Assembly: GCF_034103185.1 (NCBI RefSeq) | Contig: NZ_JAXEGG010000009.1 | Direction: 5' to 3' (one strand) | DNA from: Prevotella sp. | Lineage (GTDB): Bacteria > Bacteroidota > Bacteroidia > Bacteroidales > Bacteroidaceae | DNA length: 64,000 bases | Shown: positions 27,937 to 38,055 of the stretch, piece by piece | How positions within the stretch are numbered: the first letter of the stretch is position 1 | How the letters are laid out: each line of letters starts with the position of its first letter | Notes under the pieces: generated by a model | Databases searched by the model: none | The model's input: the letters and a program-made list of their open reading frames with translations, nothing else | What the model was told of the DNA's origin: nothing | Position numbers and translations under genes: made by a program

Positions 27937-27949
27937 ATAAACAACAGAG

Positions 27950-29926
27950 ATGAAACGTTTTGGGAAGGCTGTCAGGTTCCTGTTTGAGGTGCATCTGCTG
28001 GGGCTTGCGGTGCTCACGGTGTTCCGCATTATAGAATTCTTGGTGCTGAAAGACATGCTCACGCCGGCCGTGAGAGGCGAAACGTGGCTGCAGATGGGGG
28101 CTTTCGTGCGCGGCTTGTGGTTCGACAACGTGATTGCCTGCTACATAATGGCTGTGCCGATGCTCGTGGTGATGCTTGCGGCATGCTTCAACGCCCACCA
28201 CAGAGGGTGGCAGCGGTTTGCCACATGGTGGTTTTCGATACTCTACCCCTTGGCTTTTGCCGTCTCTGCTGCCAACATTCCGTATTTCGCTTTCTTCTTC
28301 AAGAACATCAATTCGGGCATTTTCGAGTGGTTCGGATATGCCGGAACCACTGCCGGGATGATGTTTCAGGAGAGCAGTTGGTGGCTTTACATCATCCTAT
28401 TCATCGTGATTACAGCGATATTCTTATGCCTTTTGTGGATTATTGAAAGGCGAACATTCAAAGACATTCAGACTACCGGAGAGACAAGACTCCGCCCCTC
28501 GGGCATCGCTTTGCGACTCGCCGCTACCTCAATTCTGCTCGGTCTGTGCTTCTTCGGCATCAGGGGGCGCACGGGATACAACCCGATAAAGATAAGCGCG
28601 GCATACTATTGCAACGACTCTTTCCTCAACCAACTCGGCATAAACCCGGCTTTCAACCTGCTCACGAGCACACTCGACGACATGCGCAAGGAGAATCGCT
28701 CGCTCAATCTCATGCCCACGGCAGAGGCAGTGACCATTGCCCGCCGCAGCCTCGGTATCGAGGGCAACAACGTTGACAGCCTGTATGTGCTGAGAAGAGA
28801 GATAAGGGGAGTGGAGAACGGCGATGCGGCGGGCATGAACTCTTCACGACCGAATGTGGTGATAATACTGATGGAGTCGATGTCGGCAAACTTCATGCAG
28901 AGCTTTGGGGCACGGGAAGAACTCACTCCGGTGCTCGACGAGATGTACCGCAATTCACTTTCGTTCAGCAATTTCTACAGTACGGGAATACACACCAACA
29001 TGGGCATGACCGGAACTTTATACTCCTGCCCTGCCATTATGAAGCGAAACCTGATGAAAGGGACTGTTACACCGAGGCGGAACGGACTTCCCACGGTGTT
29101 GAAAGAGAACGGTTATCACAATATGTTCTTCATGACCCACGAGTCGCAATACGACAACATGAAGGCTTTCTTCGCACAGAACGGCTACGACGACATCTAT
29201 GCGCAGGAGGATTATCCTGCCGGAAAGGTGGTCAATGCGTTCGGTGTGAGCGACGACTTCCTGTTCGACTTTGCCCTCGAAAAGATAAATCTGCAGGCAA
29301 AGAGCGGCACTCCGTTCATGGCAACATTGCTCACCATAAGCAATCATCCGCCCTACGTGATACCCGAAGGCTTCAAGTGCAAGAGCAAGAACCCTGAAAC
29401 GCAGATAGTGGAGTATGCCGACCACTGCATCGGTGAGTTCATCAAGGCGGCTCGCAGGCAGCCTTGGTACGACAGAACGATATTCGTAGTGCTCGCCGAC
29501 CACGGCAAACTGGTGGGCGAGGCAGATGCCGAACTGCCACAGAGTTACAACCACATACCGATGATGATATTCGGAAACGGTATTCAGCCGCAGGTGTACG
29601 ACGGACTCGGATGTCAGATAGACGTGATGCCTACATTGCTCGGCATCATGCGCATAGGCTACACCTTCGACGGGTTTGGTCAGGACTTGCTGCGGCAGCC
29701 GCGCGAAATGGTGTTCTACAGTGCCGACAATCAGATTGTGGCGCGCAGCAAAGAACAGGTTCTCGTGTATTCCCCCGAACTGCAGAAGAGTTTCGCTTAC
29801 GTCGTGAAACCCGATTGGCAACTCGTTCAGACGACACCTTCCGAGACCACCGAACACCTGAAACGCTATGTCTTTGCGATGATAGAAACAGCAGAATTTA
29901 ACGAACGGCAGAGCCGGAACAGATAA
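27950..29926 (+). CDS. LTA-synthase-family membrane sulfatase/phosphotransferase
   Basis: N-terminal TM helices; NVVIILMESM; GIHTNMG; TISNHPPY; VLADHG. Confidence 0.88.
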   Translation: MKRFGKAVRFLFEVHLLGLAVLTVFRIIEFLVLKDMLTPAVRGETWLQMGAFVRGLWFDNVIACYIMAVPMLVVMLAACFNAHHRGWQRFATWWFSILYPLAFAVSAANIPYFAFFFKNINSGIFEWFGYAGTTAGMMFQESSWWLYIILFIVITAIFLCLLWIIERRTFKDIQTTGETRLRPSGIALRLAATSILLGLCFFGIRGRTGYNPIKISAAYYCNDSFLNQLGINPAFNLLTSTLDDMRKENRSLNLMPTAEAVTIARRSLGIEGNNVDSLYVLRREIRGVENGDAAGMNSSRPNVVIILMESMSANFMQSFGAREELTPVLDEMYRNSLSFSNFYSTGIHTNMGMTGTLYSCPAIMKRNLMKGTVTPRRNGLPTVLKENGYHNMFFMTHESQYDNMKAFFAQNGYDDIYAQEDYPAGKVVNAFGVSDDFLFDFALEKINLQAKSGTPFMATLLTISNHPPYVIPEGFKCKSKNPETQIVEYADHCIGEFIKAARRQPWYDRTIFVVLADHGKLVGEADAELPQSYNHIPMMIFGNGIQPQVYDGLGCQIDVMPTLLGIMRIGYTFDGFGQDLLRQPREMVFYSADNQIVARSKEQVLVYSPELQKSFAYVVKPDWQLVQTTPSETTEHLKRYVFAMIETAEFNERQSRNR

Positions 29927-29990
29927 TCGGCGGCACGACCGGCGGATATATATAAATAGGTATATAACAAAGAACAACATAATTACACAC

Positions 29991-31757
29991 ATGAAGAGTA
30001 GGAAAACGATGCTTGCGGTGGTGGTGGCGATATGCGCCGCCATGCTCATGACGTTTCTTCCGCTTACGGAATACAACTCCAAGGGAGAGCCGCGGGAGGC
30101 GATAGTGGCAGTGACAATGCTGAACAGCGGCAACTGGATACTGCCGGTGAACAACGGTGGCGACATGGCTTACAAGCCGCCACTTTTCCATTGGGCTGTC
30201 GCGTTGTGCTCTCTGCCGCAGGGATATGTCAGCGAAGCAACCTCGCGAATGCCCTCCGCGCTGTCGCTGATGGTGATTGCGGGCATGCTGTTTCTTTTCT
30301 ACTCGAAGCGCAGGGACACGCCGACGGCTTTCCTCGCTGCCATGCTCACGCTAACCTCCTTTGAGGTTTACCGCTCCGGGGTGAACTGCCGCGTGGATAT
30401 GGTGCTCACGATGTTCATAGTGCTTGCGATGCTGTTTTTCTATCGTTGGCTGGAACGCGGCTGCCGCGGCATACCCTTGTGGGCAGTGCTTTTCATGAGT
30501 GGTGCCACGCTTACGAAAGGTCCGGTGGGGATAATACTGCCCTGCGCGGTGGCAGGAGTGTTCGTGCTGCTTCGTGAAAAGAGGAAAATGCTGCCCCTGT
30601 TCTATATCTTCCTGTCCTCGCTGCTTGCCCTGATACTGCCGCTGTGCTGGTATTTCGCAGCCTACAAGCAGGGCGGCGACGAATTCCTTGCCCTCGTATA
30701 TGAAGAGAATGTGTTGCGACTTCTGGGCAAGATGTCGTATGAGAGCCATGCTCACAACGCACTCTACAACTTCCAGACATTGATAGTGGGGTGGCTGCCG
30801 TGGGCGTTGTTGCCGCTCATCTCGCTCTTCTTCCTGCGCAAAAGGCATTTCGGAGCGGTGCGTAAGTTCATTGACAAGCCCCGCGGCCGGCTTGAAAGGC
30901 TTCGCAACATGGAGTCTATGGAACTCTACACTTGGCTCGCTTTCATCATCGTTGTGGCATTCTATTGCGTTCCTAAGAGCAAACGCAGCGTCTATCTCCT
31001 GCCTGCCTATCCGTTCATGGCATGGCTTTTGGCGGAATGGATGATGTGGATAAACAGCAGGAAACCTGTCGTCACGAGGATATTCTCGGGCATTATGGGT
31101 GGCGTGGCATTGCTTTTGGGCATAGGTTGCATTGTATTGCAGTTTCATCCCATTGCCCTCGACTCTTTTCATGGCAGGCATGCGTGGCAGAACAGGCAGA
31201 TGTTCGGGGCATTGCAAGACATCGGTTTCACCCCCTTGAGCATCACAGTCATACTCATGACCCTCGCCGCCGGCATCTTCACGATATACACTCTCGCCCG
31301 CCGCTCCACTCGGCTTCAACAGGTAACACTTTCAAAACGAAGCGAAGGAAATCCGCTCACAGCTCACAGCTCATCGCTCATCGCAACCCTCGCCACCTAC
31401 GTCTGCCTCTACGCCCTGCTCCTTCCGACCATACAGAACGTGAAAAGCGACCGCCCCCTCGCGGAGCATATCAGCCGCACTTTGCCCACAGACAGACTTT
31501 ACTCCTTTGTCGCAGAGCCGATGATGCACTTCTTCGGGACCAACTTTTATCTCGGAGACAGGATAAAACAGTTTGAGAAGGAGCAACCTGAAGAGGGCTA
31601 CCTGATGATTGCCGACGGCGATCGTGCCGACTTCTTTACACGACATAAAGACTATGTGTTTGAGGAAGTGGATAATACCGGGCACCCCGCAACGGAACTG
31701 AAGCAAACCATTTATTTCTACGAGTTTACAGAGAAAGACCGAAAGTCGCATAGGTAA
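29991..31757 (+). CDS. ArnT/GT83-like (PMT_2) membrane glycosyltransferase
   Basis: GEPREA...YKPPLFHW...SRMPSA...RVDM...LTKGPVG...KRSVYLLPAYP. Confidence 0.85.
   Translation: MKSRKTMLAVVVAICAAMLMTFLPLTEYNSKGEPREAIVAVTMLNSGNWILPVNNGGDMAYKPPLFHWAVALCSLPQGYVSEATSRMPSALSLMVIAGMLFLFYSKRRDTPTAFLAAMLTLTSFEVYRSGVNCRVDMVLTMFIVLAMLFFYRWLERGCRGIPLWAVLFMSGATLTKGPVGIILPCAVAGVFVLLREKRKMLPLFYIFLSSLLALILPLCWYFAAYKQGGDEFLALVYEENVLRLLGKMSYESHAHNALYNFQTLIVGWLPWALLPLISLFFLRKRHFGAVRKFIDKPRGRLERLRNMESMELYTWLAFIIVVAFYCVPKSKRSVYLLPAYPFMAWLLAEWMMWINSRKPVVTRIFSGIMGGVALLLGIGCIVLQFHPIALDSFHGRHAWQNRQMFGALQDIGFTPLSITVILMTLAAGIFTIYTLARRSTRLQQVTLSKRSEGNPLTAHSSSLIATLATYVCLYALLLPTIQNVKSDRPLAEHISRTLPTDRLYSFVAEPMMHFFGTNFYLGDRIKQFEKEQPEEGYLMIADGDRADFFTRHKDYVFEEVDNTGHPATELKQTIYFYEFTEKDRKSHR
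31355..31384 (+). repeat. Heptamer tandem repeat inside the ArnT-like gene
   Basis: gctcaca gctcaca gctcatc gctcatc gc. Confidence 0.8.
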
Positions 31758-31901
31758 GGAGTGCGTAAAGACAAAATAGGGAGATAGAAAAAGCAGGAAC
31801 AGGGGTATATAAAGGCAGCAGACTCCCGGGGGGTAATGAAATAACTTCCGGAAGTCTGCTGTTAAGTTTGCTGCGTAATGCAGTATTACGACAGAGCAAT
31901 G

Positions 31902-32561
31902 TCAGAGTTTTTCGCCGAAACAGAGGTCGCCGGCGTCGCCAAATCCCGGCACGATGTACTTGTGTTCGTTCATTCCCGGGTCAACAGCGGCAGCCCATAC
32001 AGTGGTGTTCTCCGGCGGAAGCGACTGCTTCAGCACCTCAAGTCCTTCGGGAGTGGCAATGACACAGGCTATATGAACCTGCTTCGGCTTGCCGTTCTTG
32101 ACAAGTGCTTCATAGGCGGCAGCCATCGAACCGCCCGTTGCAAGCATCGGGTCAACGATGATAAGGGTCTTTCCTTCCAGCGAGGGGCACGCCATGTATT
32201 CGGTGTGTACGCCCACTTCGGTGTGCTCACGGTTGGTGTACATGCGGAAAGCAGACACAAAACCGTTCTCGGCATGGTCGAAAACGTGGAGGAAACCCTC
32301 ATGGAACGGAAGCCCGGCACGCAACACCGTGGCAATCACTATCTTGTCTTCAGGCACTTCCACCGTGGCAGTACCGAGCGGCGTTTCCACCTGAATGGAG
32401 GCGTAGGTGAGCAGACGGGAGACATTGAACGCCATTATTTCACCAATCCTCCTTACGTTGTTACGAAACAAAGTGCGGTTGTCCTGATACTCCTTGTCGC
32501 GAATCTCGGCAAGATATTGCCCGAGAATGCTCTGCTGCTCACTAAGATTTATTATTTCCAT
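31902..32561 (-). CDS. upp: Uracil phosphoribosyltransferase
   Basis: VLRAGLPF, IIVDPMLATGGS, YIVPGFGDAGDLCFG. Confidence 0.95.
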   Translation of the reverse strand: MEIINLSEQQSILGQYLAEIRDKEYQDNRTLFRNNVRRIGEIMAFNVSRLLTYASIQVETPLGTATVEVPEDKIVIATVLRAGLPFHEGFLHVFDHAENGFVSAFRMYTNREHTEVGVHTEYMACPSLEGKTLIIVDPMLATGGSMAAAYEALVKNGKPKQVHIACVIATPEGLEVLKQSLPPENTTVWAAAVDPGMNEHKYIVPGFGDAGDLCFGEKL

Positions 32562-32837
32562 TGTATATATGTTATCTTACTTATACTGTCCGTCTGCACC
32601 CATACACATTCGTAGGAGACACCCACGACAAAGCAAAGGCATCGCGCTTGTCGTTAATGTCTTCATAATCTTATGGTTAAGTAATCGGTGCGCAAATATA
32701 CGAATAATTGCTGTTTTTTGCCAACTCTGTGTTACAAAAATGTTTTATCAGGGCTTTTTTTGGGATATTTTAACTAAAAAACATGGTCGGGCAGACTTTT
32801 TGTCACACCAAAAAACCACTTGTTCGGGAAAAAGAAC

Positions 32838-32845
32838 TACCTTTG
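32838..32845 (+). promoter_or_regulatory. -7 promoter box of pckA (divergent from upp)
   Basis: TACCTTTG; the upp box TATATTTG lies on the minus strand at 32693-32700. Confidence 0.6.
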
Positions 32846-32920
32846 TAGCCGAAAGATTAAAGTAAATTTAAACCTTATTTTTAAAGGTAACAACGAACAT
32901 TTAAATTTTTTATTTCATCT

Positions 32921-34534
32921 ATGGCAAAGTTAGATTTGACAAAGTATGGCATCACCGGAAGCACGGTGATTGCACACAATCCGTCTTATGAAACGCTCTT
33001 CAACGAAGAGATGAAACCCGAACTCACAGGCTATGACAAGGGACAACTCACCGAACTCAACGCCGTAAACGTGATGACCGGCATCTACACCGGCCGTTCT
33101 CCAAAAGACAAATACATCGTTGACGACGCACAGAGCCATGAAAAGGTGTGGTGGACTACCGACGAATACAAGAACGACAACCACCCCATGACCGAAGATG
33201 TGTGGCATAAGGTGAAGAGTATAGCGATAAAGGAACTTTGCAACAAGAACCTCTACGTGGTGGATGCGTTCTGTGGTGCCAACGAATCGACACGCCTCGC
33301 GGTGCGCTTCATCGTGGAAGTGGCATGGCAGGCACACTTCGTGACAAACATGTTCATACGCCCCACGGCAGAAGAACTGGAAAACTTCGAGCCTAACTTC
33401 GTGATATACAACGCTTCGAAGGCAAAGGTGGAGGACTACAAAGAACTCGGACTGAACTCTGAAACCTGCGTGGCATTCAACACCACAAGCCGCGAACAGG
33501 TAATCATAAACACATGGTATGGCGGCGAAATGAAGAAGGGTATGTTCTCAATGCAGAACTACTATCTGCCGCTGCAGGGCATAGCATCAATGCACTGCTC
33601 GGCAAACACCGACAAGAACGGCGAGAACACCGCAATCTTCTTCGGACTTTCGGGAACCGGAAAGACCACTCTCTCTACCGACCCTAAGCGTCTTCTCATC
33701 GGCGACGACGAGCACGGATGGGACGATGAGGGCGTGTTCAACCTCGAAGGCGGATGCTATGCAAAGGTGATTAACCTCGACAAGGAGAGCGAGCCCGACA
33801 TCTACAACGCCATAAAGCGCGACGCACTGCTCGAAAACGTGACCGTTGCTGAAGACGGAAAGATTGATTTCGCCGACAAGAGCGTAACCGAGAACACCCG
33901 CGTTTCTTACCCGATAGAGCACATCACAAACATCGTGAAGAAGGTGAACGGCAAGAGCGCAGGCCCGGCAGCGAAGCAAGTCATCTTCCTCAGCGCAGAC
34001 GCTTTCGGAGTGCTTCCGCCCGTTTCGATACTCGACCCCGAACAGACAAAATACTACTTCCTCTCCGGATTTACGGCAAAACTCGCCGGAACGGAGCGCG
34101 GAATTACCGAACCCACACCGACGTTCTCTGCCTGCTTCGGTCAGGCTTTCCTCGAACTGCATCCCACAAAGTATGCCGAGGAACTGGTGAAGAAGATGCA
34201 GCAGAGCGGCGCAAGGGCATATTTGGTGAACACGGGCTGGAATGGCACAGGCAAGCGCATATCAATCAAGGACACGCGCGGCATCATAGATGCTATTCTG
34301 AACCACTCCATCGACGAGGCACCGACGAAGAAAATACCTTACTTCAACTTCACTGTTCCGACGCAACTCGAAGGAGTTGACCCCGCAATCCTTGACCCGC
34401 GCGACACATACACCGACGCATCGCAGTGGGAAGAGAAGGCGAAAGACCTCGCCGGACGCTTCATCAAGAACTTCAAGAAGTATGAAACCAACGAGTCGGG
34501 AAAGGCTCTCGTGGCAGCCGGTCCGAAGCTCTGA
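32921..34534 (+). CDS. pckA: Phosphoenolpyruvate carboxykinase (ATP)
   Basis: [54 protein letters not shown]. Confidence 0.97.
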   Translation: MAKLDLTKYGITGSTVIAHNPSYETLFNEEMKPELTGYDKGQLTELNAVNVMTGIYTGRSPKDKYIVDDAQSHEKVWWTTDEYKNDNHPMTEDVWHKVKSIAIKELCNKNLYVVDAFCGANESTRLAVRFIVEVAWQAHFVTNMFIRPTAEELENFEPNFVIYNASKAKVEDYKELGLNSETCVAFNTTSREQVIINTWYGGEMKKGMFSMQNYYLPLQGIASMHCSANTDKNGENTAIFFGLSGTGKTTLSTDPKRLLIGDDEHGWDDEGVFNLEGGCYAKVINLDKESEPDIYNAIKRDALLENVTVAEDGKIDFADKSVTENTRVSYPIEHITNIVKKVNGKSAGPAAKQVIFLSADAFGVLPPVSILDPEQTKYYFLSGFTAKLAGTERGITEPTPTFSACFGQAFLELHPTKYAEELVKKMQQSGARAYLVNTGWNGTGKRISIKDTRGIIDAILNHSIDEAPTKKIPYFNFTVPTQLEGVDPAILDPRDTYTDASQWEEKAKDLAGRFIKNFKKYETNESGKALVAAGPKL

Positions 34535-34551
34535 AAAGAGGCATAGATATG

Positions 34552-34597
34552 AAAAAGAAAGTCCTGCAGGCTGTTGTCTGCGGGACTTTTTCTTTTC
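34552..34597 (+). terminator. Intrinsic terminator after pckA
   Basis: aaagtcctgcag...ctgcgggactttttctttt stem plus T-run. Confidence 0.75.
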
Positions 34598-34694
34598 TAT
34601 CATAACAGAAAGTGACATAATATATAATATAAGGTGACATAATGCACCGCAATTCATAATCAACGGTGCGGCGATAGGATGTCAACGGCGCGGC

Positions 34695-34835
34695 AAAATC
34701 GGCGAAATTGTTTTGCAAAATCGGCGAAATTACTCGGTAAAAACGCCGAATTTACTTTTCAATTTCGCCGATTTTACTTTCCACCATATATCAAACCTCA
34801 CCGCATTCCGGCACCAACGGCATAGCGAAAGCATG
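34695..34835 (+). repeat. Dispersed intergenic element, copy 2: 22-bp-period array plus tail
   Basis: Units at 34695, 34717, 34739, 34761: aaaatcggcgaaatt x2, aaaaacgccgaattt, aatttcgccgatttt; tail 34776-34835. Confidence 0.9.
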
Positions 34836-35059
34836 CTTCCATGCCTCGCAATGATGAACGATGCCGGGCGCAGTCATCGCCATCGAAACAGCCATTACAG
34901 CCAACAAAAAGTCCTCTTTTTCAATGTTTTTCAACAATATCCTGCCCACCGGCCAAGAAAAGGGCAAAATTATGCGTTTTTATTTTGTTATTTGAATTGT
35001 TTTTAAGACCTTTGCAGGCACTATATTCTTAAATCTAAGTTAACGTCAAAAAATTAAAA

Positions 35060-36910
35060 ATGACTGAACAAGGCCAATTAGAAGTCAAGGAACTCGAACA
35101 GGTTGTGGTTCGATTTTCCGGTGACTCCGGCGACGGTATGCAGCTCGCCGGCAACATTTTCTCAACAATCTCTGCTACCGTAGGCAACGGCATAAGCACG
35201 TTCCCGGACTATCCTGCAGACGTTCGTGCCCCACAAGGTTCGCTGACCGGTGTCTCCGGGTTTCAAGTGCACATCGGAGAGGGACGCGTCTATACACCCG
35301 GTGACAAGTGCGACGTGCTCGTGGCAATGAACGCGGCGGCTCTGAAAACACAGTACAAGTATGCCAAGCCTCAAGCTACTATCATCATCGACACCGACTC
35401 TTTCGGCGCGAACGACCTCCGCAAGGCGGCTTTCCAGACCGAAGACTACCTCGGCGAAATGGGCATAGACCCCGACCGGGTAATCGAATGTCCGCTAACG
35501 CAGATGGTGAAAGACTGCCTGAAAGACTCGGGAATGGACAACAAGGCGCAGCTGAAGTGCCGCAACATGTTCGCACTCGGCATAGTGTGCTGGCTGTTCA
35601 ACCGCGACATCAGTCTCGTGGGCAACTATCTGCGCGACAAGTTTGCCAAGAAACCGGAGATTGCCGAGAACAACATCAAGGTGGTACAGGCCGGTTACGA
35701 CTACGGGCACAACGTGCATGCCAGCGTGCCGGCAACCTACCGCATCGAGTCGAAGAACAAGGTGAAAGGCAGGTACATGGACATCACGGGCAACAAGGCA
35801 ACGTCTTACGGACTGATTGCTGCCGCAGAAAAGGCGGGCTTGCGACTGTTCCTCGGTTCCTACCCTATCACTCCTGCCACCGACATCCTCCACGAACTGT
35901 CAAAACACAAGTCGCTCGGAGTGATTACGGTGCAGTGTGAGGACGAAATCTCGGGCTGCGCAACTGCCGTGGGAGCATCGTTCGCAGGTGCACTCGCCGT
36001 GACATCAACGTCAGGACCGGGTCTGTGTCTCAAGAGCGAGGCAATAAACCTCGCCGTAATCGACGAACTGCCGCTCGTCATAGTGGATGTGCAACGCAGC
36101 GGTCCGTCAACAGGTATGCCCACAAAGAGCGAACAGACCGACCTGCTTCAGGCTCTCTACGGACGAAACGGCGAAAGTCCGATGCCCGTAATAGCGGCTG
36201 TCTCGCCCACCGACTGCTTCGATGCAGCCTTCGAAGCGTCAAAGATTGCCGTGGAACACCTCACTCCGGTGATACTGCTCACCGACTCTTTCTTAGCTAA
36301 CGGCTCCGCTGCGTGGAAACTTCCCGACATCAACAAACTGCCGGAAATAAAGCCCCACTATGCCCTGCCGGAGCAAAAAGGCAAATACACACCATACGAA
36401 CGCGACCCGGAAACAGGCGCACGCTATTGGGCTATACCCGGAACCGAGGGTTACACACACATCATCGGAGGTCTGGAGAAGGACGGCAAGACAGGTGCTA
36501 TATCCACCGACCCGGAGAACCACAACACGATGTGCCGGCTACGCGCAGAGAAAGTGGCGCGCATCGCAGTGCCCGACGTGGAGGTGCTCGGCGACAAAGA
36601 CGATGCCGAACTGCTGCTAGTGGGCTTCGGTTCAACCTTCGGACATCTCTATTCTGCAATGGAAGAACTGCGCAAGCAGGGCAGAAAGATTGCTCTGGCA
36701 CAGTTCCGCAACATCAATCCGCTGCCTAAGAACACCGCAGAGGTGCTCAAACGCTACCCGAAAGTGCTGGTGGCAGAACAGAACTTCGGACAGTTTGCGG
36801 CTTACCTGCGCAGCAAGGTTGACGGCTTCGTGCCTTATCAGTATAATGAAGTAAAGGGACAGCCGTTCCAAGTGAATGAAATAGTAGATCACGTAACCCA
36901 AAAATTCTAA
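35060..36910 (+). CDS. korA: 2-oxoacid:ferredoxin oxidoreductase alpha subunit
   Basis: FSGDSGDGMQLAG, GSYPITPATDI, EDEI, TSTSGPG, QRSGPSTGMPTK. Confidence 0.92.
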   Translation: MTEQGQLEVKELEQVVVRFSGDSGDGMQLAGNIFSTISATVGNGISTFPDYPADVRAPQGSLTGVSGFQVHIGEGRVYTPGDKCDVLVAMNAAALKTQYKYAKPQATIIIDTDSFGANDLRKAAFQTEDYLGEMGIDPDRVIECPLTQMVKDCLKDSGMDNKAQLKCRNMFALGIVCWLFNRDISLVGNYLRDKFAKKPEIAENNIKVVQAGYDYGHNVHASVPATYRIESKNKVKGRYMDITGNKATSYGLIAAAEKAGLRLFLGSYPITPATDILHELSKHKSLGVITVQCEDEISGCATAVGASFAGALAVTSTSGPGLCLKSEAINLAVIDELPLVIVDVQRSGPSTGMPTKSEQTDLLQALYGRNGESPMPVIAAVSPTDCFDAAFEASKIAVEHLTPVILLTDSFLANGSAAWKLPDINKLPEIKPHYALPEQKGKYTPYERDPETGARYWAIPGTEGYTHIIGGLEKDGKTGAISTDPENHNTMCRLRAEKVARIAVPDVEVLGDKDDAELLLVGFGSTFGHLYSAMEELRKQGRKIALAQFRNINPLPKNTAEVLKRYPKVLVAEQNFGQFAAYLRSKVDGFVPYQYNEVKGQPFQVNEIVDHVTQKF

Positions 36911-36915
36911 GAAAA

Positions 36916-37917
36916 ATGTACACAGCAAACGATTATAAAAAGGGATTACCCCGCTGGTGTCCGGGTTGCGGAGACCACTTTTTCCTTGCATCGCTCCACA
37001 AAGCAATGGCTGAAATAGGCGTTGCACCACACGAGACGGCAGTGATTTCGGGCATTGGCTGCTCAAGCCGACTGCCTTATTATGTCAACACCTACGCCAT
37101 GCAGACAATCCACGGGCGTGCCGCAGCTGTCTCCACCGGCGCAAAGGTGGCGAACCCTAACCTCACCGTATGGCAGGTTTCGGGCGATGGCGACGGGCTT
37201 GCCATTGGCGGCAACCACTTCATTCATGCCATGCGGCGCAACATAGACATAAACATCATACTGCTCAACAACCGCATCTACGGTCTGACAAAGGGACAGT
37301 ACAGCCCCACTTCGCCGCGCGGTTTCGTGTCGAAGTCGTCGCCCTACGGCACCATTGAAGACCCGTTCCGCCCGGCAGAACTGTGTTTCGGAGCACGCGG
37401 ACACTTCTTCGCACGCGCCGTTGCAACCGATGCAAAGGGCACGCAGGAAATTCTCAAGGCGGCAAAACAGCACAAGGGAGTTTCGGTGTGCGAGATACTG
37501 CAGAACTGTATCATCTTCAACAACGGCACTCACGACTCGGTATATACCAACGAGGGGCGCAAGAAGAACTGCATCTACGTGCGTCACGGCGAGAAACTGG
37601 TGTTCGGCGAGAACAACGAATTCGGTCTTGTGCAGCAGGGATTCAGTCTGAAAGTGGTTGAGATTGGCAAGGATGGCTACACGCTCGACGATGTTCTCGT
37701 GCACGATGCACATTGCGAGGACAACACCTTGCAGCTGAAACTCGCCGAGATGTCTAACGAAGACGGCTTCCCAGTAGCCCTCGGAGTAATCCGCGAAGTG
37801 GAAGCACCGACCTACAACGATGCCGTTTATGCCCAGATAGAAGAGGTTTCGGCAAAGAAGAAGTATCATAACTTCAGCGAACTGCTCGAAACAAACGATA
37901 TATGGGAGGTGAAATAA
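36916..37917 (+). CDS. korB: 2-oxoacid:ferredoxin oxidoreductase beta subunit
   Basis: WCPGCGD, SGIGCSSR, HGR, GDGDGLAIGGNH...NN TPP-binding motif. Confidence 0.92.
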   Translation: MYTANDYKKGLPRWCPGCGDHFFLASLHKAMAEIGVAPHETAVISGIGCSSRLPYYVNTYAMQTIHGRAAAVSTGAKVANPNLTVWQVSGDGDGLAIGGNHFIHAMRRNIDINIILLNNRIYGLTKGQYSPTSPRGFVSKSSPYGTIEDPFRPAELCFGARGHFFARAVATDAKGTQEILKAAKQHKGVSVCEILQNCIIFNNGTHDSVYTNEGRKKNCIYVRHGEKLVFGENNEFGLVQQGFSLKVVEIGKDGYTLDDVLVHDAHCEDNTLQLKLAEMSNEDGFPVALGVIREVEAPTYNDAVYAQIEEVSAKKKYHNFSELLETNDIWEVK

Positions 37918-37957
37918 GAACTTAACCCTTTGCCAAGACATGGCAATATGATACCAA

Positions 37958-37996
37958 GGGGGTGAGAGAACAATATTCTCCCGCCCCCTTTCTTTT
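37958..37996 (+). terminator. Intrinsic terminator after korB
   Basis: gggggtgagagaa-caata-ttctcccgccccc then tttctttt. Confidence 0.7.
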
Positions 37997-38055
37997 GATT
38001 AGTGGCGACGGAACAAGAGGGAAAAAGAGCATGGATAATAACCAAAAGAGAGTAT

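Noticed and set aside
34695-34775. 22-bp arrays as CRISPR or plasmid iterons
   Set aside because: Spacers are only 7 bp and are shared between loci; four dispersed copies; no cas, rep or origin features.
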